Source of the DNA: Candidatus Thorarchaeota archaeon | Lineage (GTDB): Archaea; Asgardarchaeota; Thorarchaeia; Thorarchaeales; Thorarchaeaceae | Assembly: GCA_003345545.1 (NCBI GenBank) | Contig: PRDH01000024.1 | Coordinates: 1 to 46,614 of the forward strand | DNA: 46,614 nucleotides | Direction of reading: 5' to 3' | Shown: positions 26,250-35,495 of the stretch, in pieces | Numbering within the stretch: position 1 is the stretch's first letter | Layout of the letters: each line of letters opens with the position of its first letter | Notes under the pieces: generated by a model | What the model was told of the DNA's origin: nothing | Databases searched by the model: none | Seen by the model: only the letters and a program-made list of their open reading frames with translations | Translations under genes and position numbers: made by a program

Positions 26250-27242
26250 TGCTGCGGGGCTATTGCGGACTTTATCATATGCATGCCCTTGGATTGCCTC
26301 GAGAAGCATCTTCAGGTTTCTAGAGAACACTGGTAGATCATTTCTTGCCGCTTCTGGCGTTGACACCTTCAGTTTCTCGCAGAGAGCTATTACCACATCG
26401 TCATTCCCAGCGCATTCAAGAATCGATGAAGTCTCTGATTCGGTCAAATTCCCAAGCTCAACTGCTCGCGATACGACTTCCTTGTTGGCAGGACATCTCA
26501 GTTGACAACGCAGGCAGCCTATGAGCGCATTATGCGCTCGTACCGGAATCCACCCGGGTATCTCTCCCACAATTTCATTGTAAAGCGAGACGCACCTTTC
26601 AACATCAATCACAAAACGCCCATCAGATATTGCATGAGTCAGGCATTCATTGATGCATATTCTGCAGCTCCGACAGAACTCCATCATACAGACTTCTCTC
26701 CAATGGTCCTCTTTGAATGCATAGTCTGTGAAAAAGGCATAGAGCGATAACATGCTGCCCATTCCTTTGACATAGCAGATATTATTCCTGCCGTATTCAG
26801 CTAGACCCGAGCGAACAGCAAGGTGTTTCAGGAACAGACGATTGCGTGAACCTTCAATCCTGTATCCATTTTGAGTAACAACCTTCTTGGCAATAGTTGT
26901 ACGTAGTTGCTCTGTGGTGAAGTCTTGGACACGATAGTTTGGCGGGATGAGTATTTTGTGGATTTGATTCTGATAGTGCACATTTACACTGGCGAGAGGC
27001 ACATAGACCGCGACCACAATGATGGATTTCGCGTCTGGAAAATCCTGCGGTACCTTGAAACTCTTATTATCCACATATGATCTGAAGACACTATTAGTGC
27101 TGAATAAGCCCTTCCTCCGAAGCGCATCCATGTAGTCCTGCATGTCCTGCAGATGTTCGACGGATACTGTTCTGTATTGGAAAGCATCATCCTGCAGCAG
27201 AGAGAGGTGAGCAAGGGAGTGTCCACCATCTACCATGAACAT
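26232..27242 (-). CDS. QueG/reductive-dehalogenase-like 4Fe-4S double-cluster protein
   Basis: K.LAVRSGLAEYGRN, GS, CRSCRICINEC...AI, C...GCLRCQLRCP.N. Start uncertain (27242 or 27236). Confidence 0.75.
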   Translation of the reverse strand: MFMVDGGHSLAHLSLLQDDAFQYRTVSVEHLQDMQDYMDALRRKGLFSTNSVFRSYVDNKSFKVPQDFPDAKSIIVVAVYVPLASVNVHYQNQIHKILIPPNYRVQDFTTEQLRTTIAKKVVTQNGYRIEGSRNRLFLKHLAVRSGLAEYGRNNICYVKGMGSMLSLYAFFTDYAFKEDHWREVCMMEFCRSCRICINECLTHAISDGRFVIDVERCVSLYNEIVGEIPGWIPVRAHNALIGCLRCQLRCPANKEVVSRAVELGNLTESETSSILECAGNDDVVIALCEKLKVSTPEAARNDLPVFSRNLKMLLEAIQGHAYDKVRNSPAASQSGH

Positions 27243-27409
27243 ATCTGACGAATCTTGTTCCTTTTCAAGTATCTTGAGCAAGCAAGCGTTCTGCCTTTGT
27301 CTGATGAATCTGCTTGCAATGCTAATCTGTATCAAATGCATTGGAGACTCGATTTGACTTGAGGAGTTTCTTTGAATCGCAACAATACCGCTAATCTGTC
27401 AAGACCTGG

Positions 27410-29056
27410 CTAACTGAATGCAAGCCCGCACTTCTGACAAAACTTGGCGTCTTTTTCATTTACAGTACCGCACTTGGGGCACTTGCCTGAGTATCTGGAC
27501 CAGAGCGTTACGAACCTCTCCTTGTCTGTACTCTGGATGAGTCTTCTTTGTATTAATGCATCAAGACCCTCAGAGAGAAGTTGTGTCGCCTCACTTTTCA
27601 TTAGCAGGTTTCCTGCTTGGCAGCTCTTAAGAAAAGTACCCTTCATTGTTTGGTCAAGGCGCAGCCAGTCATTCAGGCTTCCGATTAGCACTTCATCAAG
27701 CTCCTGACTGATTGGTTTTCCTCTTGTGCTCAGTGAGATTTCGGTGTCTGGTGTGAAGCAGGGTGTTAGGACCTGATGCGAGCCACTGTCGTATTTTGCG
27801 ATAAAAACCTCGACATCTAGCAGTGTGAGGGGCATGAGTCCATTGATGGAATCGTTCTCAAGCGTCCATGCCATCAGGTCGAGATACTCTCTCTGAAGCA
27901 AAGTGATTCGTTCATCAACAAGCCGCTCACATCTTTCACACGCTTCCTTTATGCGCGCATAGAGCTGATTGAGCTCTTGCGTCTTGTTCTCCATCTCTTT
28001 CTTTGTGTCTTCAAGCCTTTGATTGCGTTCCTTGACTTGCAACTCATATGCTGCTTCAATAGAGGCCTTCTGGGTTTCAGATTCCTTTGTGACGTCATGA
28101 AGACTCTTTAGCATCTTCTCAGATCTTTCATCCATGATTTTCAAAGGCTGGCTACTTCGCTGGATTTTGGAGGACAGAGTCTTCGCAAGTTCCCTGTAGA
28201 TTGACACAGCACCTTCGATGTTGTCTTCCTCCTTGCCAATCCGTGTTCTTGCTGCGCGTATACTGTCTATCATTTCATTGAAGAACATCTCAAGATCGTT
28301 TGCAGACCTTGAGAAGTCAGCAGTCATTGCACGCAGGTCCATCTTGGTCTTCTCCCGAAGATCATAGATTTGCTTGTCTCTGGTCTTGGCCGCGTCGCTG
28401 CTCTCCTGCCTTGTTCGTTCCTCCATGGTTCTTATGCGGACGTTTCCGCGTTCTCTCTCCACAGCTATGAGGTTCTCAAGGACTTTCAGATGCCCACCAA
28501 GCTTCTCAGTCATCACCTTCTTGATCGATTCGATTGCTTCGACACGAAGTCTAGCCGACTTCTGCACTTCTCTGAACTCCTCAGTTCTCTTCAGAGCATC
28601 AGGTGAATCAGCCCTCATATCCAGCCGGTTTGGCTTGGCGGAGGGACTTGATTCGAAAATGAACTGACCTGCACCTGCTAATGGGGACGGTGAGAACAGG
28701 TTTGCCAGCTGAACGGTTATGGTATCGGTCTTTTCCAACAATGCTTCGATTCTCTTAACGGCCGCTGGAACATCTTCGGGTTGCGGCACACCAGAAGTCA
28801 AAATCTTTCGTATCTCTGTTGCACCCTTTGTGTCAGTGAACCTGAATTCCTGCCGGGAGCTGGCTGCGGCAGAAAGCACAATGGATTTGGTTTCAGAAGT
28901 CTGGACTACCCAGAAAGGAATTGCTATTCTGCTTAGCATTGTGATTCGTTGATTCCGCTCCTTACGCCCTTCTGCCAAAGCAAAGGCCACTGCAATAGTG
29001 GTTGTTTCGGGCTCTGGCTCTATTCTTGAGCCGAACTTGCGGAGTAAGAAGTTCAT
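27410..29056 (-). CDS. Coiled-coil protein with globular ends and C-terminal zinc ribbon
   Basis: Central heptad-rich region of about 240 aa; C-terminal CPKCG......KFCQKCG. Start uncertain (29083, 29074 or 29056). Confidence 0.7.
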   Translation of the reverse strand: MNFLLRKFGSRIEPEPETTTIAVAFALAEGRKERNQRITMLSRIAIPFWVVQTSETKSIVLSAAASSRQEFRFTDTKGATEIRKILTSGVPQPEDVPAAVKRIEALLEKTDTITVQLANLFSPSPLAGAGQFIFESSPSAKPNRLDMRADSPDALKRTEEFREVQKSARLRVEAIESIKKVMTEKLGGHLKVLENLIAVERERGNVRIRTMEERTRQESSDAAKTRDKQIYDLREKTKMDLRAMTADFSRSANDLEMFFNEMIDSIRAARTRIGKEEDNIEGAVSIYRELAKTLSSKIQRSSQPLKIMDERSEKMLKSLHDVTKESETQKASIEAAYELQVKERNQRLEDTKKEMENKTQELNQLYARIKEACERCERLVDERITLLQREYLDLMAWTLENDSINGLMPLTLLDVEVFIAKYDSGSHQVLTPCFTPDTEISLSTRGKPISQELDEVLIGSLNDWLRLDQTMKGTFLKSCQAGNLLMKSEATQLLSEGLDALIQRRLIQSTDKERFVTLWSRYSGKCPKCGTVNEKDAKFCQKCGLAFS

Positions 29057-29219
29057 AGAGAGATTTCTGACCATAGAAAGCACGGACCCGATACTGTTCA
29101 GGTGTCATACCGCAGATATGCTTTTCCAAGATAGGCCCTTTTCTAGGTTTAAGCCGAAATCCTCCGATACTTCTCAAGCTTCAATGAAAGAGAATAAAGG
29201 CATGAGCCACTGACAACAG

Positions 29220-29927
29220 ATGAGGCAATTGTTGATGGATGAAGAGTCATTTCGCCGTTTTATGAAACGTAACAGCAAGTCGGAGAGCACGATTCGGGAA
29301 GCGCTCCTTAACTGGCGTTCTTTTGGTGAACATATGAAAGAGGGAGGAGCAAGTATTGACGCCGCGACGGAAAAGAATCTTGAGGAGTATGCCTCAAATG
29401 TTGCAGATGAACGTGTCATAAGAAACATGATGCACAGTCTCCATTACTGTTTCAAGTTCGTGGGAAGACAAAGCATGGAAGAGAAATGCATCGAGATACG
29501 CAGTCGGTACCTGAAGCGAGAGCCACTCAAGTTGAAGGATTTCTTGGGCGTTTCGACTGACGTAATTGGCAAGCTCAAAGATGCTGCATTACGAAACATC
29601 GACCAACTACTAGAAGCAGGTAGGACGGACAAGTTGAGGCGAAGCCTATCACAGGAGCTGGGGATTCCGCTCGATGTTGTTGTTGAACTGGTCAAGATGT
29701 CTGATCTTGCGAGAATCTTCGGTCTGAAAGCGATACGCGCAAGGCTCTACCATGACGCTGGAGTCGATACGATTGAGAAGATGTCTTCGATGAATTCCGA
29801 AGCGCTAATCCGAGTAACAAGTGACTACATCAAGAGAAGCAATTTCAATGGAATTCCTCCGACTCCAAAGGAGGCCGAGTTCACCATCAAGGAGGCAAAG
29901 AGAATGGCCAGGCTTGTGGAGTGGTGA
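29220..29927 (+). CDS. DUF4332-like helix-hairpin-helix protein with integrase SAM-like N-terminal domain
   Basis: KL..A....I.QLL.AG.T...R..L, SDLARI.G....RA.LY..AGVDT. Confidence 0.7.
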   Translation: MRQLLMDEESFRRFMKRNSKSESTIREALLNWRSFGEHMKEGGASIDAATEKNLEEYASNVADERVIRNMMHSLHYCFKFVGRQSMEEKCIEIRSRYLKREPLKLKDFLGVSTDVIGKLKDAALRNIDQLLEAGRTDKLRRSLSQELGIPLDVVVELVKMSDLARIFGLKAIRARLYHDAGVDTIEKMSSMNSEALIRVTSDYIKRSNFNGIPPTPKEAEFTIKEAKRMARLVEW

Positions 29928-29968
29928 GCTGTAGCAGCAGACTCTGAAGACTATGAACTGGTAATGCA

Positions 29969-31492
29969 CTATGAGCTGCTCGTATCTTCTTTTTCGCTTT
30001 CACTTGTTTCCGTTGAACGTGCCTGACTTCGCGAGGACCGAAGGGCATGTGCCAGCGGTATGACGATTGAATGCCTCAAGCCATCTACTGTAGATAGAGT
30101 CCTAAGTCCTCTGCCTGCCTGTGCCAGCATTGCATCCAAGACAGTTCTTTGGTCTGCCTCACCAGCCTCTCGTACTATCGCAAGGCGATGAATCGCATAG
30201 AGTCCTACAAAAAAGGAAATCAGAAAGACAAAGTCCAAACCACGGATATCGATCAGACCAAAGTCGAATGAGAAACCAAGCCCCTGCCAGGCGAGACGGA
30301 AAGACAGGTAGCTGTCACTCAGTGAGTCTGCAATGATTCCGCCAGCGAGTGGCGCCATGACGGCTGCAATCGAGTTGACCACGCTCCACCCTGCAAGGTA
30401 TGATGTGCTCTCTCCTCTAGGTGCAAGCTTCAGTGCCAGGTTGCCGTGAGCTAGATTGACTGCAGCAGCCGATTGACCCAGCATCACGTGAATCAGTATC
30501 AGAAGAGGCAGGGTAAGCATGTGAATTCCAGGCACTGTCGTGAAAGTCCAAAGAAGCATTCCTACAACATAGATTGGAGTTGTCACACGCAATACTGATT
30601 TGTTGCTGAACCTATCAGAGAGACGCCCCCACCACTGGTAGAAGAGCATGCTCGTAACCTGTGATAAGACAGCCAGTCCAGTCACAATTGATAGATCGTA
30701 TCCAAGTACCTCTAGAAGATACACTGTAAAGAATGGACCCGCAAGTGTGACTGCAAAACTCCAAGCGGCTGAGAACATCATCAGTTTACGGAAATCTTCA
30801 TTCTGAAATGGCCGTCGAAGAGTGTCCAAGAACTTCTGATTGAGGGATTCGATTATCATGCGAGGCTCAGGGATTGTGTAGATGAAGTAGACGCCAATTA
30901 TGCCTGCTACCATACCAACAAAGAAAACAATCGAGTACGGCGCGAGAGATGCTGGTTCATTGCGTAACCATTGGTCGATTAGAATACCTCCGCCAAGAGT
31001 GGTGAGAATACCCACGAGTGCTTGGACAGCTAGCCGCTTTGAGAAGAATCGACCTAGTATCTCCTGAGGGATGAGGTCTTTCATCCATGAGTTCCATGCA
31101 GCGGCTGTCACAGCATTGAATACAGCATGCGAGGTAACTCCGAATAACAATAGTAGAATGCCTGGAATCCCTGGTGTGACGAAGGGAATGAGAACCATGG
31201 CCATTATTGACAGACGGCTGACTGCTGAGAAAAGCACGCAGATTCTTCGGCGGATCTTGGTTCTTTCTATGAGTACGATTGATGGTATCTGGAGTAACTG
31301 TGCAAGAGGAGGGATTGCGGCGATGAGTCCGATCACCGCATTGGAGGCTCCCAGGGCCACTGCGAAGGCAATCAGGAATATGCTCTCTGTCAAGGTCATC
31401 TTGATTTGGGATGTGATGCCGTCTCTCACAACGGCATCTAAGCCCTTTTTCAGACTCTCATCAGAGAGCGTGTCATGCACAGGGAACTCCAA
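29969..31492 (-). CDS. MFS transporter
   Basis: About 12 TM segments; W.SWM.DLIP....GRFF..R; WGRLSDRF.NK. Confidence 0.88.
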   Translation of the reverse strand: MEFPVHDTLSDESLKKGLDAVVRDGITSQIKMTLTESIFLIAFAVALGASNAVIGLIAAIPPLAQLLQIPSIVLIERTKIRRRICVLFSAVSRLSIMAMVLIPFVTPGIPGILLLLFGVTSHAVFNAVTAAAWNSWMKDLIPQEILGRFFSKRLAVQALVGILTTLGGGILIDQWLRNEPASLAPYSIVFFVGMVAGIIGVYFIYTIPEPRMIIESLNQKFLDTLRRPFQNEDFRKLMMFSAAWSFAVTLAGPFFTVYLLEVLGYDLSIVTGLAVLSQVTSMLFYQWWGRLSDRFSNKSVLRVTTPIYVVGMLLWTFTTVPGIHMLTLPLLILIHVMLGQSAAAVNLAHGNLALKLAPRGESTSYLAGWSVVNSIAAVMAPLAGGIIADSLSDSYLSFRLAWQGLGFSFDFGLIDIRGLDFVFLISFFVGLYAIHRLAIVREAGEADQRTVLDAMLAQAGRGLRTLSTVDGLRHSIVIPLAHALRSSRSQARSTETSESEKEDTSSS

Positions 31493-31631
31493 TCAGTTCA
31501 CCACCTAGATTGATATTGTCGAAATCGCTTCACTGAGCTTCATTTTGGAATGCGTTGTCCATTTCAACCAATCGCTATTGCGGCGTGTTTCTTGAGTGGT
31601 CATTGTCGGCCAATCAGTTCAGGGGCAATGT

Positions 31632-33521
31632 CTACAGTCTTAGGATGAATGTGTATTGATTATCTTCGATGCTTAGTCGGCTCTCGATAAGCTTTCCCGT
31701 TCTGTGTATGAAATTGATCATAGCAACATTCTTTGGATGAACATATGCAATGAATGCATTGACTCCCTTGCTTTTTGCAATACGCATCATCTGATTCAGA
31801 ACAAATGTACCAATGCCTCGGCCCTGGTACTCGTCCTTAACGAGCAATGCAAACTCCGCTTGATTCTTGCTTCTATTCAGTAGATATCTTCCCGCGCCAA
31901 CGATTTTCTCGCGTTCTCCCTCTCCTCCATTTTCTGCCACTGCGACAAGGGAGATATCTGATTCTTGGTCGACTCGATAGAAATCCTGCAGTGTCTGCCG
32001 TCTAAGACTTCTCAGCGGCGTCAAGAATCTGAAGAAAATCGAGTCCTCACTGAGACCGTAGAAGAGGTCCTTGATACGGTCACTGTCGTCGGGTCGGATC
32101 AACCGAACGCGAACACTGATCGGCCCATCTGGCATTTGGGCCTCAGTGATAGCTTCGTATTCAATCGGAAAGTAGGTGCCTCTGGCAAGGAATGGAACTT
32201 GATCCTCGAACACGTATTTCATCTCTTTGGCTGCTTCAAGTAATCCATTCCTGAAGTCCGGGTGTGCGATTGCGATGAGAGACAGTACTCTCTCGCGTAT
32301 GGTCTTCCCTCGAAGCGAAGCGTGCCCATATTCCGTGATTATCACGTCCACGTCCCCCCTCGTTGTAACCACACCTGCACCCTCGCTCAGGTGGGCCACA
32401 ATCTTTGATACAGTCCCCTGCAGTGCAGTGGACTTGACACAGATGATTGATTTTCCTCCCTCTGATCTCGATGCTCCCCGTATGAAGTCGACCTGTCCTC
32501 CGATGCCGCTATAGAAGGCGTGTCCAATCGAGTCAGAGCATACTTGACCGGTAAGATCAACTTCCAGAGCAGAGTTAATCGCTACCATCTTTCGATTCTG
32601 GCAGATCACAGCTGGATCATTAACGTAGGAAGTCTCCCTGAACTCGAATAGCGGGTTATTATTCACAAAATCGTAAAGCTTCTTGGTGCCCATCGCGAAG
32701 CTTGCTGTCACCTTGCCTTTGTTAATGCTCTTCTTCTGGTTTGTGACCACACCACTTTCAATCAGGTCGATGATGCTGTCACTGAAGGTTTCAGTATGGA
32801 TGCCCAGATCTTGAACTCCAGAGTTGATTAGATTCTTTGTGACAGCTTTGGCTATTGTGCCGATTCCTACTTCGATGGTTGATTCATTTTCAATGAGTTT
32901 CGCGGCATATTCTCCAATTCGGTTCTTCCGCTCGCTTACGTCTGGTGTGTTGAACTCGCGTAGCGGCTCCGTGAAAGGCACAAGATAGTCAAATTCCTTC
33001 ACATGAATGAACGAGTCACCATATGTCACAGGCATGCGCTCGTTGACTTGGGCAATCACCAGATCTGCATATTCTACTCCCGACTTTGTGATATCTACTG
33101 AAATGCCCAACGAACAATAGCCAAACTCGTCGGGTGGACTCACCTGTATCAGCGCCACATCCAGCGGTATTCTTTTTGTCCTAAACAGGAATGGGATATC
33201 CGAGAGAGGCGCCGGTGTATAGTCGGCCCGGCCTTCAGCGACCGCACTACGAATATTGTCAGAAACAAAGAAAGTATTGTGTCTAAATTGATTCTGAAAC
33301 TCAGGGTCTGCTGATGGCGTGTTCCCAATCGTAAGCAAGTGCACTATTTCATTGTCTGCCATCTCACGTGCATTCTTACTTAGTTCTTGAACGAGGTGGT
33401 ACGGAACTCCACAACCTGTCCCGAGAAGAATGCGTGTTCCTCTTCGGATCTTTGATATGGCGACCTTGGCCGAAACAACTTTGTCCTTGTACTTTTCGGT
33501 CCAATCCTCTTTGACGGCCAT
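31632..33521 (-). CDS. Acetyl-CoA hydrolase/4-hydroxybutyrate CoA-transferase family protein fused to C-terminal GNAT
   Basis: VSPPDEFGYCSLG, LGIHTE (catalytic Glu), INSALEVDLTGQV, SGIGGQVDF.RGA; GNAT part AEFALLV.D.YQGRGIG. Confidence 0.92.
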   Translation of the reverse strand: MAVKEDWTEKYKDKVVSAKVAISKIRRGTRILLGTGCGVPYHLVQELSKNAREMADNEIVHLLTIGNTPSADPEFQNQFRHNTFFVSDNIRSAVAEGRADYTPAPLSDIPFLFRTKRIPLDVALIQVSPPDEFGYCSLGISVDITKSGVEYADLVIAQVNERMPVTYGDSFIHVKEFDYLVPFTEPLREFNTPDVSERKNRIGEYAAKLIENESTIEVGIGTIAKAVTKNLINSGVQDLGIHTETFSDSIIDLIESGVVTNQKKSINKGKVTASFAMGTKKLYDFVNNNPLFEFRETSYVNDPAVICQNRKMVAINSALEVDLTGQVCSDSIGHAFYSGIGGQVDFIRGASRSEGGKSIICVKSTALQGTVSKIVAHLSEGAGVVTTRGDVDVIITEYGHASLRGKTIRERVLSLIAIAHPDFRNGLLEAAKEMKYVFEDQVPFLARGTYFPIEYEAITEAQMPDGPISVRVRLIRPDDSDRIKDLFYGLSEDSIFFRFLTPLRSLRRQTLQDFYRVDQESDISLVAVAENGGEGEREKIVGAGRYLLNRSKNQAEFALLVKDEYQGRGIGTFVLNQMMRIAKSKGVNAFIAYVHPKNVAMINFIHRTGKLIESRLSIEDNQYTFILRL

Positions 33522-33638
33522 CTAGTACTCCACCATGCCGATGTAAACACTAGGCTCAGAATGATTTGAGCGTTTCGGGATACATATGACGAGGCGACCA
33601 TCTTTTGAATCAGGTTTCACTCCTTAGTCCATACTCAC

Positions 33639-33655
33639 AGCACTGATTCAGTGCT
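33639..33655. promoter_or_regulatory. Perfect inverted repeat between divergent genes
   Basis: AGCACTGA-T-TCAGTGCT. Confidence 0.45.
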
Positions 33656-33769
33656 ATCCTCGTCATTTGAAAGAAGAGTTAAATCATGGACCAACTTGAC
33701 CAGATGGACATAGGTCTGAAATCGTAACCTGCACATTTCATTCACAAGCGAATTCGGTGGCTAAAGTAT

Positions 33770-34783
33770 TTGACAAAGAAAATAGGAATGCTCTGCGTCG
33801 GAGTCGGTTTCGTCGGAGGGGCTGCTCATGTTCCGTCATTCAGAAAGGTTGATGGATCAAGACTAGTCGGTGTGGTTGCTCGTAAAGGCCGGGAGAGTGA
33901 AGTGTACGCTAAGAAGCAGCAAGAGAAACATGGCATTGAGATCTTCTACGACTATGATAAGGCTCTGAAGGATAGCAGAGTAGATGGTGCCTGCATAGCT
34001 GTACCTACCCCACTTCACTTCGAATTCGCCGAGAAGGCAATACGAGCCGGCAAGCACGTCTATCTGGAGATGCCGGTGACTCCGAATGTCGATGACATAA
34101 AGAAACTCAAAGAGATGGCCGAGAATGCAGGCGTTATAGTAATGCCAGTACTGAACTTTCGCTTCACTCCCAGCTACGTGAAGGCTAAGGAGCTCTTGGA
34201 GGAGGGTGTTATCGGTAAACCGATGTGCTTGACATTCAGGGAATTCATCACAGCAAAGGATCTTGCAGCTCAGTGGCCGCTAGACTCCTGGGCCTGGGAT
34301 ATTGAGAGAGCCGGTGGCTTTCCTGATTATACGCTCTCGGTGTGGTCATTGGACATGTTCAGGTGGCTCTTCAAGACTGAAATTGAGGCAACAGAGTGGT
34401 ATCCAAACTATATGGAAATCGAAGGAATTAGTGATTTCAGAGGATACCAGACAGTGGGCATCATCAGGCTCAAGAATGGTGTCGTGGGTACAATACAGCT
34501 TGGATCAAGTGTTGCCGAGGGCATGGGCGAAAGCAGGTTTGAGATCTTTGGGAACAATGGAAAGGCGATTTGCTGCTACTGCAATAACATCGTCAAGCTG
34601 ATAGGTGGAGTAAGTGAACCCAGAGTCTGGGAACTGGGATCGAAAGGCCCGGAGGTCTGGGGTCACAGGCAGCTGGCCCAGCACTTCATCAATGTCTGTC
34701 TGGGCAAGGAGAAGCCAGTCTGCACTCTTGATGATGCGATTGCTGCACAAATTCATGCCAATAATATCCTGAGACACTGTTAG
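33770..34783 (+). CDS. Gfo/Idh/MocA family oxidoreductase
   Basis: GVGFVG..H, IAVPT.LH...A..AI.AGKHVYLEMP, NFRF.P. Confidence 0.88.
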   Translation: MTKKIGMLCVGVGFVGGAAHVPSFRKVDGSRLVGVVARKGRESEVYAKKQQEKHGIEIFYDYDKALKDSRVDGACIAVPTPLHFEFAEKAIRAGKHVYLEMPVTPNVDDIKKLKEMAENAGVIVMPVLNFRFTPSYVKAKELLEEGVIGKPMCLTFREFITAKDLAAQWPLDSWAWDIERAGGFPDYTLSVWSLDMFRWLFKTEIEATEWYPNYMEIEGISDFRGYQTVGIIRLKNGVVGTIQLGSSVAEGMGESRFEIFGNNGKAICCYCNNIVKLIGGVSEPRVWELGSKGPEVWGHRQLAQHFINVCLGKEKPVCTLDDAIAAQIHANNILRHC

Positions 34784-34922
34784 AGATACTCAAGGCGCCA
34801 GCGTGAGCCGTACAGCGAAAGCTGCGCGAGTCTTTTCTCCTCATGACGCTGCATCCATGCAGACCTCTACTGGCTCCTGACGCCTCAGTTATCGTTTAGC
34901 GCATTAGATTCTTTGTGGCCCA

Positions 34923-34946
34923 TATTTAATTTCTAAATTTCGAAAT
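34923..34946 (+). promoter_or_regulatory. TATA-like box with adjacent near-palindromic operator
   Basis: TATTTAA followed by ATTTCTAAA-TTTCGAAAT (34929-34946, one mismatched pair) upstream of the regulator gene. Confidence 0.55.
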
Positions 34947-34996
34947 ACCGCAATATGTATATTCATAAGAATGGCACATTAGATCAAGGGCTCAAG

Positions 34997-35488
34997 ATGA
35001 AATCTGACAGTCTGCGAACTGAATTTCTCCATGCGATGGGTGAAGCATACGAAAAGTACGGATACCCTGACTACTGCGGTTGGATAGAAGGATTGCTCCT
35101 TCTGGAACCTCGAGAATGGTCCCAGAGGGGAATTGCGGATCGTCTGCGCGAGCTGCTCCCGGCTTCAAAGTATCCTACGTCAATATCGTCAGTGAATAGA
35201 GCTCTCAAGATGCTGGAAATCTACGGTGTTGTCGAGAAGGCAGGTTCAAGAAAGATGGGTTACAAGTATCGCCTTCTTTCCTCTTCAAGTTTAGTGGCCT
35301 CAATGTTGCGGCAGTTGACAGTTCTGAATCAGGAATACATAACGAAGATGGAGGGCCTTGCATCACGAGATCAGAAGGGCGATTCAGATCTTGAGAGAGC
35401 CATCACCTATCAGATCAGTGTAGCTCGAGTATGGAATAGGGCAGTCGAAGACCTGCTTGAGGCAATATCTGAGGATACGGGAGAGTGA
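34997..35488 (+). CDS. GbsR/MarR-like winged-helix transcriptional regulator
   Basis: F...MG..YE.YG.P...G.I.GLLLL....S...IA..L...S.SSV.RALK.L...G.V.K...R...Y. Confidence 0.8.
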   Translation: MKSDSLRTEFLHAMGEAYEKYGYPDYCGWIEGLLLLEPREWSQRGIADRLRELLPASKYPTSISSVNRALKMLEIYGVVEKAGSRKMGYKYRLLSSSSLVASMLRQLTVLNQEYITKMEGLASRDQKGDSDLERAITYQISVARVWNRAVEDLLEAISEDTGE

Positions 35489-35495
35489 ATTCAAA

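Noticed and set aside
29220-29927. Integrase or mobile element
   Set aside because: Only a SAM-like N-terminal region; no tyrosine recombinase catalytic domain and no att or terminal repeats seen.
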